64,000 nt of DNA from an uncultured Nitrososphaerota archaeon (GTDB lineage: Archaea; Thermoproteota; Nitrososphaeria; Nitrososphaerales; Gagatemarchaeaceae): contig OY969807.1 of NCBI GenBank assembly GCA_963703285.1, forward strand, positions 1,856,001 through 1,920,000. Reading direction: 5' to 3'. The notes below the pieces were generated by a model. The model searched no databases. It was not told the origin of the DNA and saw only the letters and a program-made list of their open reading frames with translations. Below are positions 39,477-49,516 of the stretch, one piece after another. How positions within the stretch are numbered: position 1 is the stretch's first letter; every line of letters begins with the position of its first letter. The position numbers and the translations under genes are program-made.

Positions 39477-40889
39477 CTATCTCTCCGGCTTGATATTCTG
39501 GTTCATGTGAAAGAAGTTGGTGGGGTCGTACTTCGCCTTGAGAGCGGCGAGTCTTCTGTATTTCTCTTCGCCGTAGGCGGACTTCACCCTCTCCTCGCCT
39601 TCCTCGCCCAGGAAGTTCACGTAGGCCCCCGTGGTGAACCCTTTCATCTCCTCGAAGAAGTCTCTCGTCCACTCGATGTTCTTCTCGTCGTCCTTCGGGT
39701 CCGTCCACGCCGATACCATGTTCAGGACGAAGGAAGCGTCGCGATTGCCGAACGCCGTGGCGTCGTCTCCGAACCTCCGCATCGCTCCGCCCAGGTGATG
39801 GAGGTGGACTGCCGTCAGGGGTGAAGGCGCTCTCTCCACGTTTTCAAGGATCGTCTCTATCGCTTCATCGTCCAGACCTTTGAGGTACGCCGATTTCCAG
39901 TAGTTCTGGATGCCAGACGGCGCGCTTTCGTCGAAAAGCGACTGGAGGACGGCGTAGGGCATCGGGCCGATCAGGTCCGCAACCGGCTGACCGAACTTCT
40001 TCAGAGGCGCGAGCAATCGCTCTCCCTCTGCGACCGGACCCGAGTAGCATGCGACCACGGCTACGAGATGTGTGCCGACGACCTCCTGCGGGAGGAAGGG
40101 AAGCGGTGGGGCGGTCAGGAAGACGACCAGCGTCGTCAGTTCGTCCGGAATCGCCTTCACGAACTCCCTGTGGAACCTCAGGAGCGCCTCGGCATCCTTT
40201 GCCCGGTGCATCACGGGGCCTCCCACGATGATCGGTCCAACGGGGTGCAGCTGAAACTCGAAGCATGTCACAATGCCGAAGTTTCCTCCCCCACCCCTGA
40301 CTCCCCAGAATAGGTCCGGATTCTCGCTCACGCTCGCTGAGACGAGCCTGCCGTCCGCCGTGACGAGGTCCACCGAGATCAGGTTGTCCATCGCCAGCCC
40401 ATGCTTGCGGACCAGCCACCCTATCCCTCCCCCGAGTGTGAAGCCCGCCACCCCAGTCGAGGAGACCAGCCCGCCTGTCGTGGCCAGTCCGAAGGCCTGA
40501 GCCTCGAGGTCGAACTGCCGCCAGGTGGCGCCCGGCTCGACCCTGGCTGTGCGGCGAACGGGGTCGACCCTCACGCTCTTCATGGGCGAGAGGTCAATCA
40601 TCAATCCGCCCTCGCACACCGCATTTCCTGCGATGTTGTGTCCTCCTCCCCTGATCGAGACCGTCTTCAACCCTTGGTCGTGCGCAAACTTGACCGCCTT
40701 CATTACGTCGCTGGTTCCGGCGCACCTCACGATGACTGCGGGATGCCTGTCGATCATCCCGTTCCAGACCTTCCTCGTCTGGTCGTACATCTCATCCCCG
40801 GGTACGACAACCTCTCCCCTGACATCGGCCCTCAGCGCTTTCAGACTTTCAGACATCTCCCCCCTCTTCGATTCTGGCATGACTTCCAA
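39477..40889 (-). CDS. FAD-binding oxidoreductase (BBE-like)
   Basis: RGGGHN, GVAGFTLGGGIG, LFWGVRGGGGNFGIVT, KYDPTNFF. Confidence 0.92.
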   Translation of the reverse strand: MEVMPESKRGEMSESLKALRADVRGEVVVPGDEMYDQTRKVWNGMIDRHPAVIVRCAGTSDVMKAVKFAHDQGLKTVSIRGGGHNIAGNAVCEGGLMIDLSPMKSVRVDPVRRTARVEPGATWRQFDLEAQAFGLATTGGLVSSTGVAGFTLGGGIGWLVRKHGLAMDNLISVDLVTADGRLVSASVSENPDLFWGVRGGGGNFGIVTCFEFQLHPVGPIIVGGPVMHRAKDAEALLRFHREFVKAIPDELTTLVVFLTAPPLPFLPQEVVGTHLVAVVACYSGPVAEGERLLAPLKKFGQPVADLIGPMPYAVLQSLFDESAPSGIQNYWKSAYLKGLDDEAIETILENVERAPSPLTAVHLHHLGGAMRRFGDDATAFGNRDASFVLNMVSAWTDPKDDEKNIEWTRDFFEEMKGFTTGAYVNFLGEEGEERVKSAYGEEKYRRLAALKAKYDPTNFFHMNQNIKPER

Positions 40890-40987
40890 CCTGTGCTCTA
40901 GGGACTAGTTCCTCCGAGGTTTCTATTTAGGCGGGACGTTGACAACGTAATACTTATTCACACACGGGCGAATTCGGAAGGAGAAAC

Positions 40988-41539
40988 TTGCCAACAGAGA
41001 GCGGCGAAAGCAAGAAGACCGTGATCAGGAGCATACGTCTGAGCGCGGAGCACGATAAACTGCTGGAGGAAGAGGCAAGGAGGAAGGGCCTCAGCGTCAA
41101 TTCGCTGCTGGTTACGATGATTACCAAGTACGTCGAGTGGGACCGTTTCGCCGAGAAGTTCGGAATCGTCTCCCTCGGAAGACAGGGATTCAGGAGTTCC
41201 TTTGAGTTCCTCAGCGACGAAGCACTTGTGGCCCATGGGAAGGATGTTGGGGCCAGGAGCGCACCTGAGATCACCAGGTTCTGGTTCGGGAAGCTCAACC
41301 TCGAGACGTTCCTCTCCTTCATCGCCCTCCAATCGAAGTACAGCGGAATCTACCACTATGAAGTGGCGGCGCGGGGACGTTCATATTCGATAACCTTCCA
41401 TCACGAACTCGGCCCCCGCTACAACGTGGTCCTGGTGAACTACTTCGACCAGGCCATCAGGAACATCGTGGGGGTCGCCCCCAGGATCGAGAGAGGGGAG
41501 AACACCTTCGTTGTATCTTTTGAGGAACCGCGTCCATGA
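40988..41539 (+). CDS. Ribbon-helix-helix (CopG-like) transcriptional regulator with C-terminal sensor-like domain
   Basis: TVIRSIRLSAEHDKLLEEEARRKGLSVNSLL strand-helix-helix pattern. Confidence 0.65.
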   Translation: MPTESGESKKTVIRSIRLSAEHDKLLEEEARRKGLSVNSLLVTMITKYVEWDRFAEKFGIVSLGRQGFRSSFEFLSDEALVAHGKDVGARSAPEITRFWFGKLNLETFLSFIALQSKYSGIYHYEVAARGRSYSITFHHELGPRYNVVLVNYFDQAIRNIVGVAPRIERGENTFVVSFEEPRP

Positions 41540-41647
41540 GCGTAGGCCGCCTCCATCCGCGCCCTCGCCGCGGCTTCGCTGGTGTCGGTGAGGGCTCGCG
41601 CCGCCCGACGGGGCCGTGAGCACCACGGCACACAACATAACATAAGA

Positions 41648-41671
41648 TTATATACAAAACGTGACAAAACG
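41648..41671 (+). promoter_or_regulatory. TATA box (TTATATA) plus tandem ACAAAACG direct repeats ahead of the tail operon
   Basis: TATA 41648-41654; ACAAAACG at 41654-41661 and 41664-41671; ATG at 41677. Confidence 0.6.
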
Positions 41672-41676
41672 CCTGC

Positions 41677-43026
41677 ATGGCAAGGGTCATCCCAGGCGTA
41701 GAGATCAAGGTCGTCAAGGAAATCGTCCCGCAGCAGCTGTATCCGTCGGGCGTTGTGGGCATGATTGGCACGGCGGACGACGGGCCCGTCAACAAGCCGA
41801 CGGGTGTGACGAGCTACAGGGAGCTCGTCTCGATATTCGGGAGCGAGGGTTCGCTCGTCCGAGACGCCAAGCTGGCCTTCCTCAACGGCGTCTTCCAGGT
41901 GTTCGCGACGAGAATCGAAGGGTCGGGCGGCGCCAAGGCGTCCACCACCCTTAAGGGTGCCAAGAACAGGAACACCTTGAGGATAAGCGTCAAGTCGGCG
42001 GGCGAGAGGGGCAACTCGACACAGGTCGTAGTGCTACAGGGACAGCAGGAGAACACGGTCAGGTTCGAGATAACCGACGGTAAGTCCCAGGAGACATTCG
42101 ACAACCTGTCGATGGAGCCCGGCAAGGAGTTCTTCTTGGTGGACTACCTCAACAATAACTCCAAACTTGTGATGGCGGAGAACCTCAACGCCAACCTCGA
42201 GTTCCCCGATAACAACCCCGTCGCGGTCGAGGCCACGCTCTCGGGCGGCATGTCAGCCCCGCCCACCAAGGATGACTACGACGCCGCCCTGCAGATGCTC
42301 GAGATGGAGGCGGAGGTCGACTCGGTCTACGCATGCGATTGCTGGGACCCGGCCGTCCACGCCCTCATTGACGCCCACTGCAAGAACATGAGCACCGACG
42401 CGAAGAACAGGATTGGCTTCGGCACGGTGGGACCCAACGAGAGCGTCGACGACATCATGAAGAGGACCGAGGTCCTGGCGAGCGACAGGTTCGTGGTCGT
42501 GGCGCCCTACGGAGTTGGTGGAGCGGTCGCAGGGCTGATCAGCAAGCTCAGCTACTGGGAGTCGCCCACCTTCAAGGCTCTCACGGGCATCGCGGACATC
42601 GAGAGGCGGTACACACCCTCAGAACAGATGAAGCTGCTCACGTCCGGTATCCTGCCGGTCGACGCCGTTAGGGGACGGGGCATCATCGTCGTCAAGGGAA
42701 TCACCACGAGCAGGGAGCAGATTAGCGTCATGAGGGTCGCCGACCACGCGGTGAGGGGCGTCAAGAACGTCTCGGAAAACTTCATCGGGACACTCAACAA
42801 CGAGCGGGGGAGGGTTGCCTTGAGGGAGGCGATGACCGGCTTCCTGCTCGGCATGTCCAAGGAGGGCTCCCTGGTTCCGTCCGTCGACAACACGAGCCCG
42901 CCGTTCCTCGTTGACGTCTACTCATCCCAACTCGACTTCGCCCAGGGCATAGTGAGGGCAGACGTCGCGGTGAGGCCGGTGCGAGCCATGGACTACATCT
43001 ACGCTACACTGACGGTCGAGGCATAG
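41677..43026 (+). CDS. Contractile tail sheath protein
   Basis: IPGVEIKVV, GMIGTADDGPVNKPTGVTSYRELVSIFG; C-terminal VAVRPVRAMDYIYATL. Confidence 0.92.
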   Translation: MARVIPGVEIKVVKEIVPQQLYPSGVVGMIGTADDGPVNKPTGVTSYRELVSIFGSEGSLVRDAKLAFLNGVFQVFATRIEGSGGAKASTTLKGAKNRNTLRISVKSAGERGNSTQVVVLQGQQENTVRFEITDGKSQETFDNLSMEPGKEFFLVDYLNNNSKLVMAENLNANLEFPDNNPVAVEATLSGGMSAPPTKDDYDAALQMLEMEAEVDSVYACDCWDPAVHALIDAHCKNMSTDAKNRIGFGTVGPNESVDDIMKRTEVLASDRFVVVAPYGVGGAVAGLISKLSYWESPTFKALTGIADIERRYTPSEQMKLLTSGILPVDAVRGRGIIVVKGITTSREQISVMRVADHAVRGVKNVSENFIGTLNNERGRVALREAMTGFLLGMSKEGSLVPSVDNTSPPFLVDVYSSQLDFAQGIVRADVAVRPVRAMDYIYATLTVEA

Positions 43027-43042
43027 GAGGGGGTGAAGACAA

Positions 43043-43444
43043 GTGTCAATGCTAATTGCGGCAAACGCCAGCCAGATAACCATTGACGGAAAGGTCGTCC
43101 CTGGGATTCAGTCCATCGACTTCAAAATAACTAGGAACCGCCAGAACATCCACGCCATAAGCACCGAGGAGAGGCTCGGGGCCTACTACGGCGCGCTCTT
43201 CGTCCAGGGCTCGGTCAAGATAAAGTCAGGATACGACGCCCTCGACAAGAAGATGTACGAGACGATCCCCACACTGAAGTTCTTCCAAATCGTCGTCCAG
43301 CTCCAGCCTCAGTCGGTCGACAAGCCGGTCAAGAAGATCACCTTCGACGAGTGCATCCTGGAGGACAAGACGTTCGCTATGGACGCGACCGGCGTCGCAA
43401 CGACGACCTACAACTTCACAGCGACCAGAATACGCGAAGAGTAG
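43043..43444 (+). CDS. Probable tail tube protein
   Basis: 133-aa beta-rich protein directly after the sheath, ending YNFTATRIREE; SD GGAGG. Confidence 0.7.
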   Translation: MSMLIAANASQITIDGKVVPGIQSIDFKITRNRQNIHAISTEERLGAYYGALFVQGSVKIKSGYDALDKKMYETIPTLKFFQIVVQLQPQSVDKPVKKITFDECILEDKTFAMDATGVATTTYNFTATRIREE

Positions 43445-43451
43445 AGGCGCC

Positions 43452-43820
43452 ACGACGCGCAGGCTAACGAAGGAGGACATCATTGAGGGGTCTCGCGTCC
43501 GCGAGACCGTCTTCCTCAAGGAGTATGGCTCAGAGGTGGTCGTGAGGCCCCTGACCGACGGTGAGCTCTCGCGGATATTCTCGATAGTAGGCCCCATCCC
43601 GCTCCGGCCGGACGGGACTCCCGACCTCGCCAGGGTCGAGGTAGACAAGAACTTCGACGCCCTTCGCCTGGCCGCCTCGATAGGGATGGTCGAGCCGCAG
43701 CTCGACACCAAGGAGGTCGCCGAGATGAAGTTCGGAGTCCCCGAGGCTATAGGGATGAAGATTCTCGAGATAAGCGGCGTCGCTCCTCCGGAGCAGGCTA
43801 AAAAAAAAGACGCGAGATAG
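43452..43820 (+). CDS. Tail assembly chaperone (gpG-like), probable ACG start
   Basis: LTKEDII...EVVVRPLT...VEPQL pattern; ends on an A9 run. Confidence 0.72.
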   Translation, partial: TTRRLTKEDIIEGSRVRETVFLKEYGSEVVVRPLTDGELSRIFSIVGPIPLRPDGTPDLARVEVDKNFDALRLAASIGMVEPQLDTKEVAEMKFGVPEAIGMKILEISGVAPPEQAKKKDAR

Positions 43821-44038
43821 AGGGATTCGCGAGGAGCCCTGAGGGCCAGGAGCTGGCGACTCTCTGCCTAGACCTAGGGTACAAGCTCGCCCCGGAGGCG
43901 CGCGACCTCACCAGGCTCCAGATCGGGTTCCTCATGGCTGCCCTCTCGCTGAGGGCCGAGGCCGCCTCCGTCGCGGAGCTTGCGGAGCAGGGAGTGACCC
44001 GCATCGTCGTAAGGGATGACCTCGGAGGAGAGGGATGA
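43808..44038 (+). CDS. -1 frame extension of the chaperone (gpGT-like)
   Basis: Open -1 frame RREIEGFARSPEGQELATLCLDLGY...DLTRLQIGFL; its TGA overlaps ATG 44035. Confidence 0.7.
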   Translation, partial: RREIEGFARSPEGQELATLCLDLGYKLAPEARDLTRLQIGFLMAALSLRAEAASVAELAEQGVTRIVVRDDLGGEG

Positions 44039-47000
44039 GCAGCCCAAGAGACTCCGGGCGCCTGGCCTCGCTGGCGTCGAGGTTCGCCGCCTTCCTTAAG
44101 GGCCCGAGGGTAGGCCCGGTCGTCGAGAGCACCACCGCCTCTCTGTCCTCCCTGGTGGATCTCGGCGCCCGCCTGGCCTCGCGGGTGTCGAGGAGCGTCG
44201 CGGTGGTGGTCACCGGCCCTCCCTACACGCCGAAGGTGCGGCGAAGGGCCGCTGCCAGAGGTGTCGGCCCGGAGGAAGCCGCTCCGGACATCGAGCTTCA
44301 AACCGTGCCTTCTCAGCAGGAGTCTCCGTCGGGCGGCCCAGGCGGAGAGGATCGCGCCCTCTTCCCCTCCCTGACGAGCCCGATGCAGGCTGCATTTCGT
44401 TCGTTCTCCCAGCGGGGAGGCGGGCCAGCGCCCTCCACAACCGCGTTCCAGCCCGTGCCCGCAGCGGGGTCCTCATCCTCCGCCGCTCAGGGGCCTTCGT
44501 CAACCGGCGAGACCGCTTTTCACGACCTCTCGGCCGACTCAGGCTCGAGCTACCCCTCCTCGCCCGCCGCTACCCTGCTCTCCTTCCAGGGGGCGATGAC
44601 AGGAGCGGCCTCGGCAGCGGCTTCCGTCCTCCAGCAGGCGGTCGCGCCCTCGCCGGTGGGTTACGCGACCGGGGGTGCGGCGATGCCTGCCGTCTCCAAC
44701 GCCGCGGCCCGAGGCGAATCACAGCCGTCGTCGGGCACCGGGGGGCCACCGGCGGGAAGCACCCAGTTCCAGACCAGCCCTCCTGCGCCACAGCCGGGCT
44801 ATCAGGCGTCGACGGCAGTCCAAGCCCCTCCCCCTCCTCCGGCGGGAACCGCGGGCCCGCCCGCCGTACTCAGCACCGCAGCCTTCCGGAGCGTCTCTAC
44901 GGGGACCAGGGCCGTCGCCCCCGAAGCCTCGGGCAGCGCGGCGGAGAAGAGCGCGACGTCCCCGCAGCCGGGCGGTCCCGAACCGCAGAGCCCTCCGCAG
45001 GTCGCGGCGCAGCCCATGCCAAACCCGGCAGCCCCTCCTCCCTCGGGCTTCCCCGGCCAGCCCGCGCAGCAGGAGCAAGCCGTCTCACCGGCGAGCCCCT
45101 CTCTCTCGTCCTCTGCGCTGATCCCTTCGCTCGCTGCAGCCGCGTCGACAAGCTCCGCAGCGGCATATCTGGGGGTCCCTCCCCCGCCAAGCGCCGGACC
45201 CTCCGCTCTCGTCCTTGGGCCCGCGTCTGCCTCGAGTCGCCCGGGCGGAGGGGGGCCGATGCCTCCCAAACCCACGGGGCCGTCCCAGTCCCTTGAACCT
45301 GGCCCTGCCTCTCAGGCCGTCACGACGGAGTCGGCGTTGCGAGAGGCTTCGCAGACCCAGCCGAACCCTCCGCCCGCGCCCGCCACCGAAGAGGGAACCC
45401 CACCGACCATCGAGCGCGGCCCCCCATCCGACGTTGCCCGCTCGCCGGAGGAGCAGCCCGCCGCGGAGTCGGTCCCGGGATTGTCGCCCGCGCCTCGAGC
45501 CCCTCCCATCGGGCTCGAAGCTGCCTCGTCTCGCCATGCCGGTACGGAACCCGTCGCTCTCGAGCTCGGGCCCGCTCCACCTCTGCCGGGTGTATCCGCC
45601 CAACCCTCCCCCGAGCAACAGGGGACCGCTCCGGCTTCTCCAGGGGGTGGCACCACAAGCACAGTCCCCTTCTCCATGGATTGGCGGTGGTCCGCCGCGA
45701 TCGTGCGCATGGCGGCCACGCAGGCACTTCTCTCCTCGTACTTGGGGGGCACCGGTGTATCTCAGGTCCCCCTCGCGCCGCCCGGAGTCCCCCGCGCTGC
45801 CAATGCGAGTTCAGCGGTCCAACCTGAGCCCGCAGCCCCCGCGCCTCCGAGCGACATCGGACCCTCTGCCCCGCCGGGTCCGACTGGTGGGCCGCCTTCT
45901 ACCGAGTCGCCGAGGGGGCCTGAAGAGAGCCCGACCACCCCGCCGATGCCGCAAGCCTCTCCAGCGGTTCCCGAGGCGAGCGGTAGCGAAGTGCTCACGC
46001 CCTTCGGCATCGTCGCCTCCATGCAATCTGCATTCGCCGGTTCGAGAGTCGCTGAGGTGCTCGGAACCTCTGCTGCGGCTCCCCCGTCCCCGCCACCTCC
46101 CGCCGCTCGAATCGTCCCCCCGAGCGCTCCGCCTCCAACGGCGGGGCTTCCATCAGAGGGGTACGGTCCGAGAGCAGCGCCCTTGCCCGCAGAGCTGGCG
46201 GGTGGCAATGCTCCATCAGCGGGCGAATTGGAATTGGGGCTGCGACCCGCTCCACCGCCTAGCGGGTCGGTCCCCTTCCCCTCCCAGTCACGAGAGGCAG
46301 AATCGAGGGCGGCTCCTCCGGCTCCATCGGCTCCGTCGGTCGCGGCCGTCTCCGTCCCCCCTCTCCCAGCGGCCACCCGGGCACCGGTGCCGCCGCAGGT
46401 CCCTTCTGCGACCCCAGCCGCTCCTACAGTTCCCAGCCAGCGGGCGCGGGCCCCCGTCTCTACCGGTGGAGGAGTCGAGCCAGCGGGCGCTCCCGTCGCG
46501 GTGCCTGAGACCCCGGGAGGGCTCGCCTCCCTCTCACGCGTCGAGGTGCCTCCTCCAGCTCCCCCGTCGCCCCGCGGGCCTCCTTCGCCTACGCCAATGG
46601 GGACCACCGTTGTCTTCAGCCCCGCGGCCTTTGAGAGCGCCATTAGGGGAGTGAGGCCCGGAGTTCCGGAGGCGGAGGGGGCGCGTCTGAGGGTGCTGTG
46701 GAAGCTCCGGCGCAGCCGGGACCCGCGCCTCCGCCAGCGCCTCCCGCAGCACCCTCTGGCTTGCCTGGCGCCGGCCCGAGCGGTGCCCTGGTGACTCCTT
46801 CAGCCGCCCAGGCTGTCGCGTATGCGACCAGTCTCGGATTGATGCGCGGATCTCTCGTCTCTCCGCTTCCGCCTCCGGTTCCGCGTGGTTCGTTGGCCCC
46901 GGCGGCGCCCAGGCCGGCCGCCCCTGCCGGCCAGCAGTTGGTTACCGGGGAGAGCCGTGCGCCCGGGGAGCGTGAAGGGTCAGAGAGCGTCTTTGAGCTC

Positions 47001-47153
47001 CCGACGGGCGAGGAGGCACCTCTGGCCGAGGAAGAGCGGCAGCCGGAGTCGAGGGAAGAGAACGGGTCGCGTGATCAGGATGAGCTGTCGGCGATGCGCA
47101 AGACAATCGAGAGACTTTTGCAGGAGGAGCTCCGGAGGTACGGTATCCAATGA
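44035..47153 (+). CDS. Pro/Ala/Ser-rich low-complexity protein at the tape-measure position (two frames, shift near 46647-46700)
   Basis: ORFs 44035-46794 and 46698-47153 share composition; C-terminal helix ELSAMRKTIERLLQEELRRYGIQ. Confidence 0.6.
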
Positions 47154-47228
47154 CCCGTCCGCCCGGGGCTCGCCATTCTATCACACACAAGTGGCTCGGG
47201 CGAACGCCTTGGGAGGGAGGCTTCAAAG

Positions 47229-47978
47229 TTGGACATTAAGCTCGACGACATAGACCTCGTCAAGAGGGTGCAGCCGTCCGCCGCCGGGCCATACACCGAA
47301 ATTCGTAGCGTCACGACTGTCGACGTCGATGACAGGAGAGATGTGGTCGAGATCAGGGTACCAGGGGCCGAAGGGAACGCGCTGCAGGACATGGGGCGCG
47401 AAGCCATCAGGATTAGGGTGGTGGGCGAGATATGGGGCAAGAGCGCCAAGACCACCCTGGAGTCCCTCAAGGACAAGTCGGACGGCGGGGAGGCGGTCTC
47501 GTTCACGTCGGACCTCCTCTCAGCGGCCAAGGTCAGCAACGTGGTCATCGAGAGGCTGCTCATAGACCAGTCGGCGGGAGTCCCGGACCGCTTCAAGTAC
47601 ACCCTCTTCCTGAGGGAGTACAAGGGGGAGACGGAGGAGGAAGGGGTCGAGGAGGGCGAGGAGGAAGAAGAGGCGGAGGAGCCCCCAGACCAGACCGAGG
47701 AGGCGGAGGAGGAGGCCGAGAAGGAGACAGAGGTGGACGACATAAGCGGACAGGTCCTCGACGCAGAGGGCAATCCGGCGCCCCACGTCGCGGTGAAGAT
47801 AGTGGGGCCGGACGGGGAGCGCATCATCATGACCGACGAGGACGGCAAGTACCAAGTCCTAGACGCGCCGGACGGAGAGTACACGGTCTCGGTTGACGAG
47901 GAGGGGTACGAGGAGGAGTCGAAGGTCACGGTCAAGAAGGGGGCCGGCGGGGAGGAGGCACCCCCGGGCGGAGCCTGA
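47229..47978 (+). CDS. Tube-initiator/DNA-circularisation-N-like domain + acidic linker + carboxypeptidase-regulatory-like Ig domain
   Basis: VPGAEGNALQDMGREAIRIRVVG; poly-Glu tract; ISGQVLDAEGNP...TDEDGKY...GEYTVSV. Confidence 0.6.
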   Translation: MDIKLDDIDLVKRVQPSAAGPYTEIRSVTTVDVDDRRDVVEIRVPGAEGNALQDMGREAIRIRVVGEIWGKSAKTTLESLKDKSDGGEAVSFTSDLLSAAKVSNVVIERLLIDQSAGVPDRFKYTLFLREYKGETEEEGVEEGEEEEEAEEPPDQTEEAEEEAEKETEVDDISGQVLDAEGNPAPHVAVKIVGPDGERIIMTDEDGKYQVLDAPDGEYTVSVDEEGYEEESKVTVKKGAGGEEAPPGGA

Positions 47979-47983
47979 CGTGA

Positions 47984-49516
47984 ATGTCGGCGTCGAAGCA
48001 GGTCCAGGCAGATCCGCTGAAGGAGGAGAAGGCCCGGCTCTCTATCCAAATCTCGGAAACCGACCCCAACTGGATTCCCGACGCACGCAACGGTCTGCTC
48101 AAGTTCACAGCGAGGATCTACGCCTTCGTCAACGGCCAGTGGGTTCCCGCGAAGAGGGCGAACCAGATGAAGAAGATTGTCTTTATGTTCGCGGATGTCT
48201 CCAAGGAGAAGGGGGTATGCATGAACTATCCGAAGGATGCGAACACCAACCCCGACCTGTTCTTTGCATGCCCGTGCCCGGACTGCTACAAGAATCAGGA
48301 TCCGAAGATGTCCGAATTCGACTTCGAGGAGGACAAGACCTCGGACCCGGCCTGTGTCGAGAAGATAGTAGACGCGGGCGACAATCCAAAGCACAAGCAC
48401 CATTACCAAAAGGCCACAACGAAGGAGGCGGTCTTCGAGGCCACGGCGGTGGTCCGCTGCGAGGACTTCGGGGCCAACGGCGTCCTGACCGTCACAGCCG
48501 ATGACACCGAAGCAATGACGAGAGGCGACACAGGGAAACCCGCTCACATCGTGACCATCCCGGTCGACGAGAACCAGAACAAGATAGCCGACTCGGCCCC
48601 TCAAGACAAGGACGAGTCTGGGAATGCGGCCAAGGCAGGAGACGACAACGACTCCACCCCCGTCGGGGACGGGACCAAGGGAGACGGGTTCACCAACTAT
48701 GAGGAGTATCGCGGCTTCATCATCTCGGACGAGAGCAGAGGCTCAGGAAAGCTGAGGCACTTCAGGACCGACACCTCGAAGAAGGACCTCTTCATCTACA
48801 ATCCCGACGGCCTCCAGATCAGTCTCTTCCGCAGCGCGTCCGCCCTGGAGATCTGCCTCCTACCGGACCCAGACCTCTTCAACGGCGCCTCGGCCGACAA
48901 CGACACGGGCCCGACCGGGAAGACGCAAATCGTGAACTTCAACCGCGGCTACGCGTCCGGCGGCGACCAGCACGGTCTCAGGCTCGTCAAGGAGACCTCG
49001 GATCCGAATCTCTTCGGTGTCTCCCGGGGCGGTGGTCCGGGCACTCCCAAGGTCGTGAACAGGGTGGCGGTCAACACAGACAACACGCGCGACGCGAACG
49101 AGCCTCCGAACCGGGAGCTGCGCACGGTTGCGCACGAGCTCGGTCACTCCGTGGGGCTGTGGCACCACGGTGAGAAGGAGAAACACGACCACACAGTAAC
49201 GTTCACCGACGGCACCACGGCAACCTACTCGTCCGAGCCCACGGGGGGTCAGACCAGCGGCATTGTAAACTGCATCATGAGGTACGCGAACTTCGCTTCC
49301 CTCTGGTGCCACCCAGACGATAACAACCGTGCATCGCACCACCCTCACTACGTCCCCCGCGTGAACCCGCTGCCGGGCGATAACTACTGCACCGGGACCG
49401 AGGGGACCGAGGTCAACGCGGGGAACGATTTCAAGAACGACGCCACCTCCAACGGGGGATACGGCCGCAGGAGCCGCGGCAAGTGCAGGGAACAGCTGAA
49501 GGTGAAGGACTGGTGA
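47984..49516 (+). CDS. Metzincin-type zinc metallopeptidase (candidate effector)
   Basis: HELGHSVGLWH (HExxHxxGxxH) and a CIMRY Met-turn; no signal peptide. Confidence 0.75.
   Translation: MSASKQVQADPLKEEKARLSIQISETDPNWIPDARNGLLKFTARIYAFVNGQWVPAKRANQMKKIVFMFADVSKEKGVCMNYPKDANTNPDLFFACPCPDCYKNQDPKMSEFDFEEDKTSDPACVEKIVDAGDNPKHKHHYQKATTKEAVFEATAVVRCEDFGANGVLTVTADDTEAMTRGDTGKPAHIVTIPVDENQNKIADSAPQDKDESGNAAKAGDDNDSTPVGDGTKGDGFTNYEEYRGFIISDESRGSGKLRHFRTDTSKKDLFIYNPDGLQISLFRSASALEICLLPDPDLFNGASADNDTGPTGKTQIVNFNRGYASGGDQHGLRLVKETSDPNLFGVSRGGGPGTPKVVNRVAVNTDNTRDANEPPNRELRTVAHELGHSVGLWHHGEKEKHDHTVTFTDGTTATYSSEPTGGQTSGIVNCIMRYANFASLWCHPDDNNRASHHPHYVPRVNPLPGDNYCTGTEGTEVNAGNDFKNDATSNGGYGRRSRGKCREQLKVKDW

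Noticed and set aside
44035-47153. Tandem DNA repeat or CRISPR-like array in the GC-rich low-complexity tract
   Set aside because: No regularly spaced identical repeats seen; the low complexity comes from Pro/Ala/Ser codons. No CRISPR array was found anywhere in the window.
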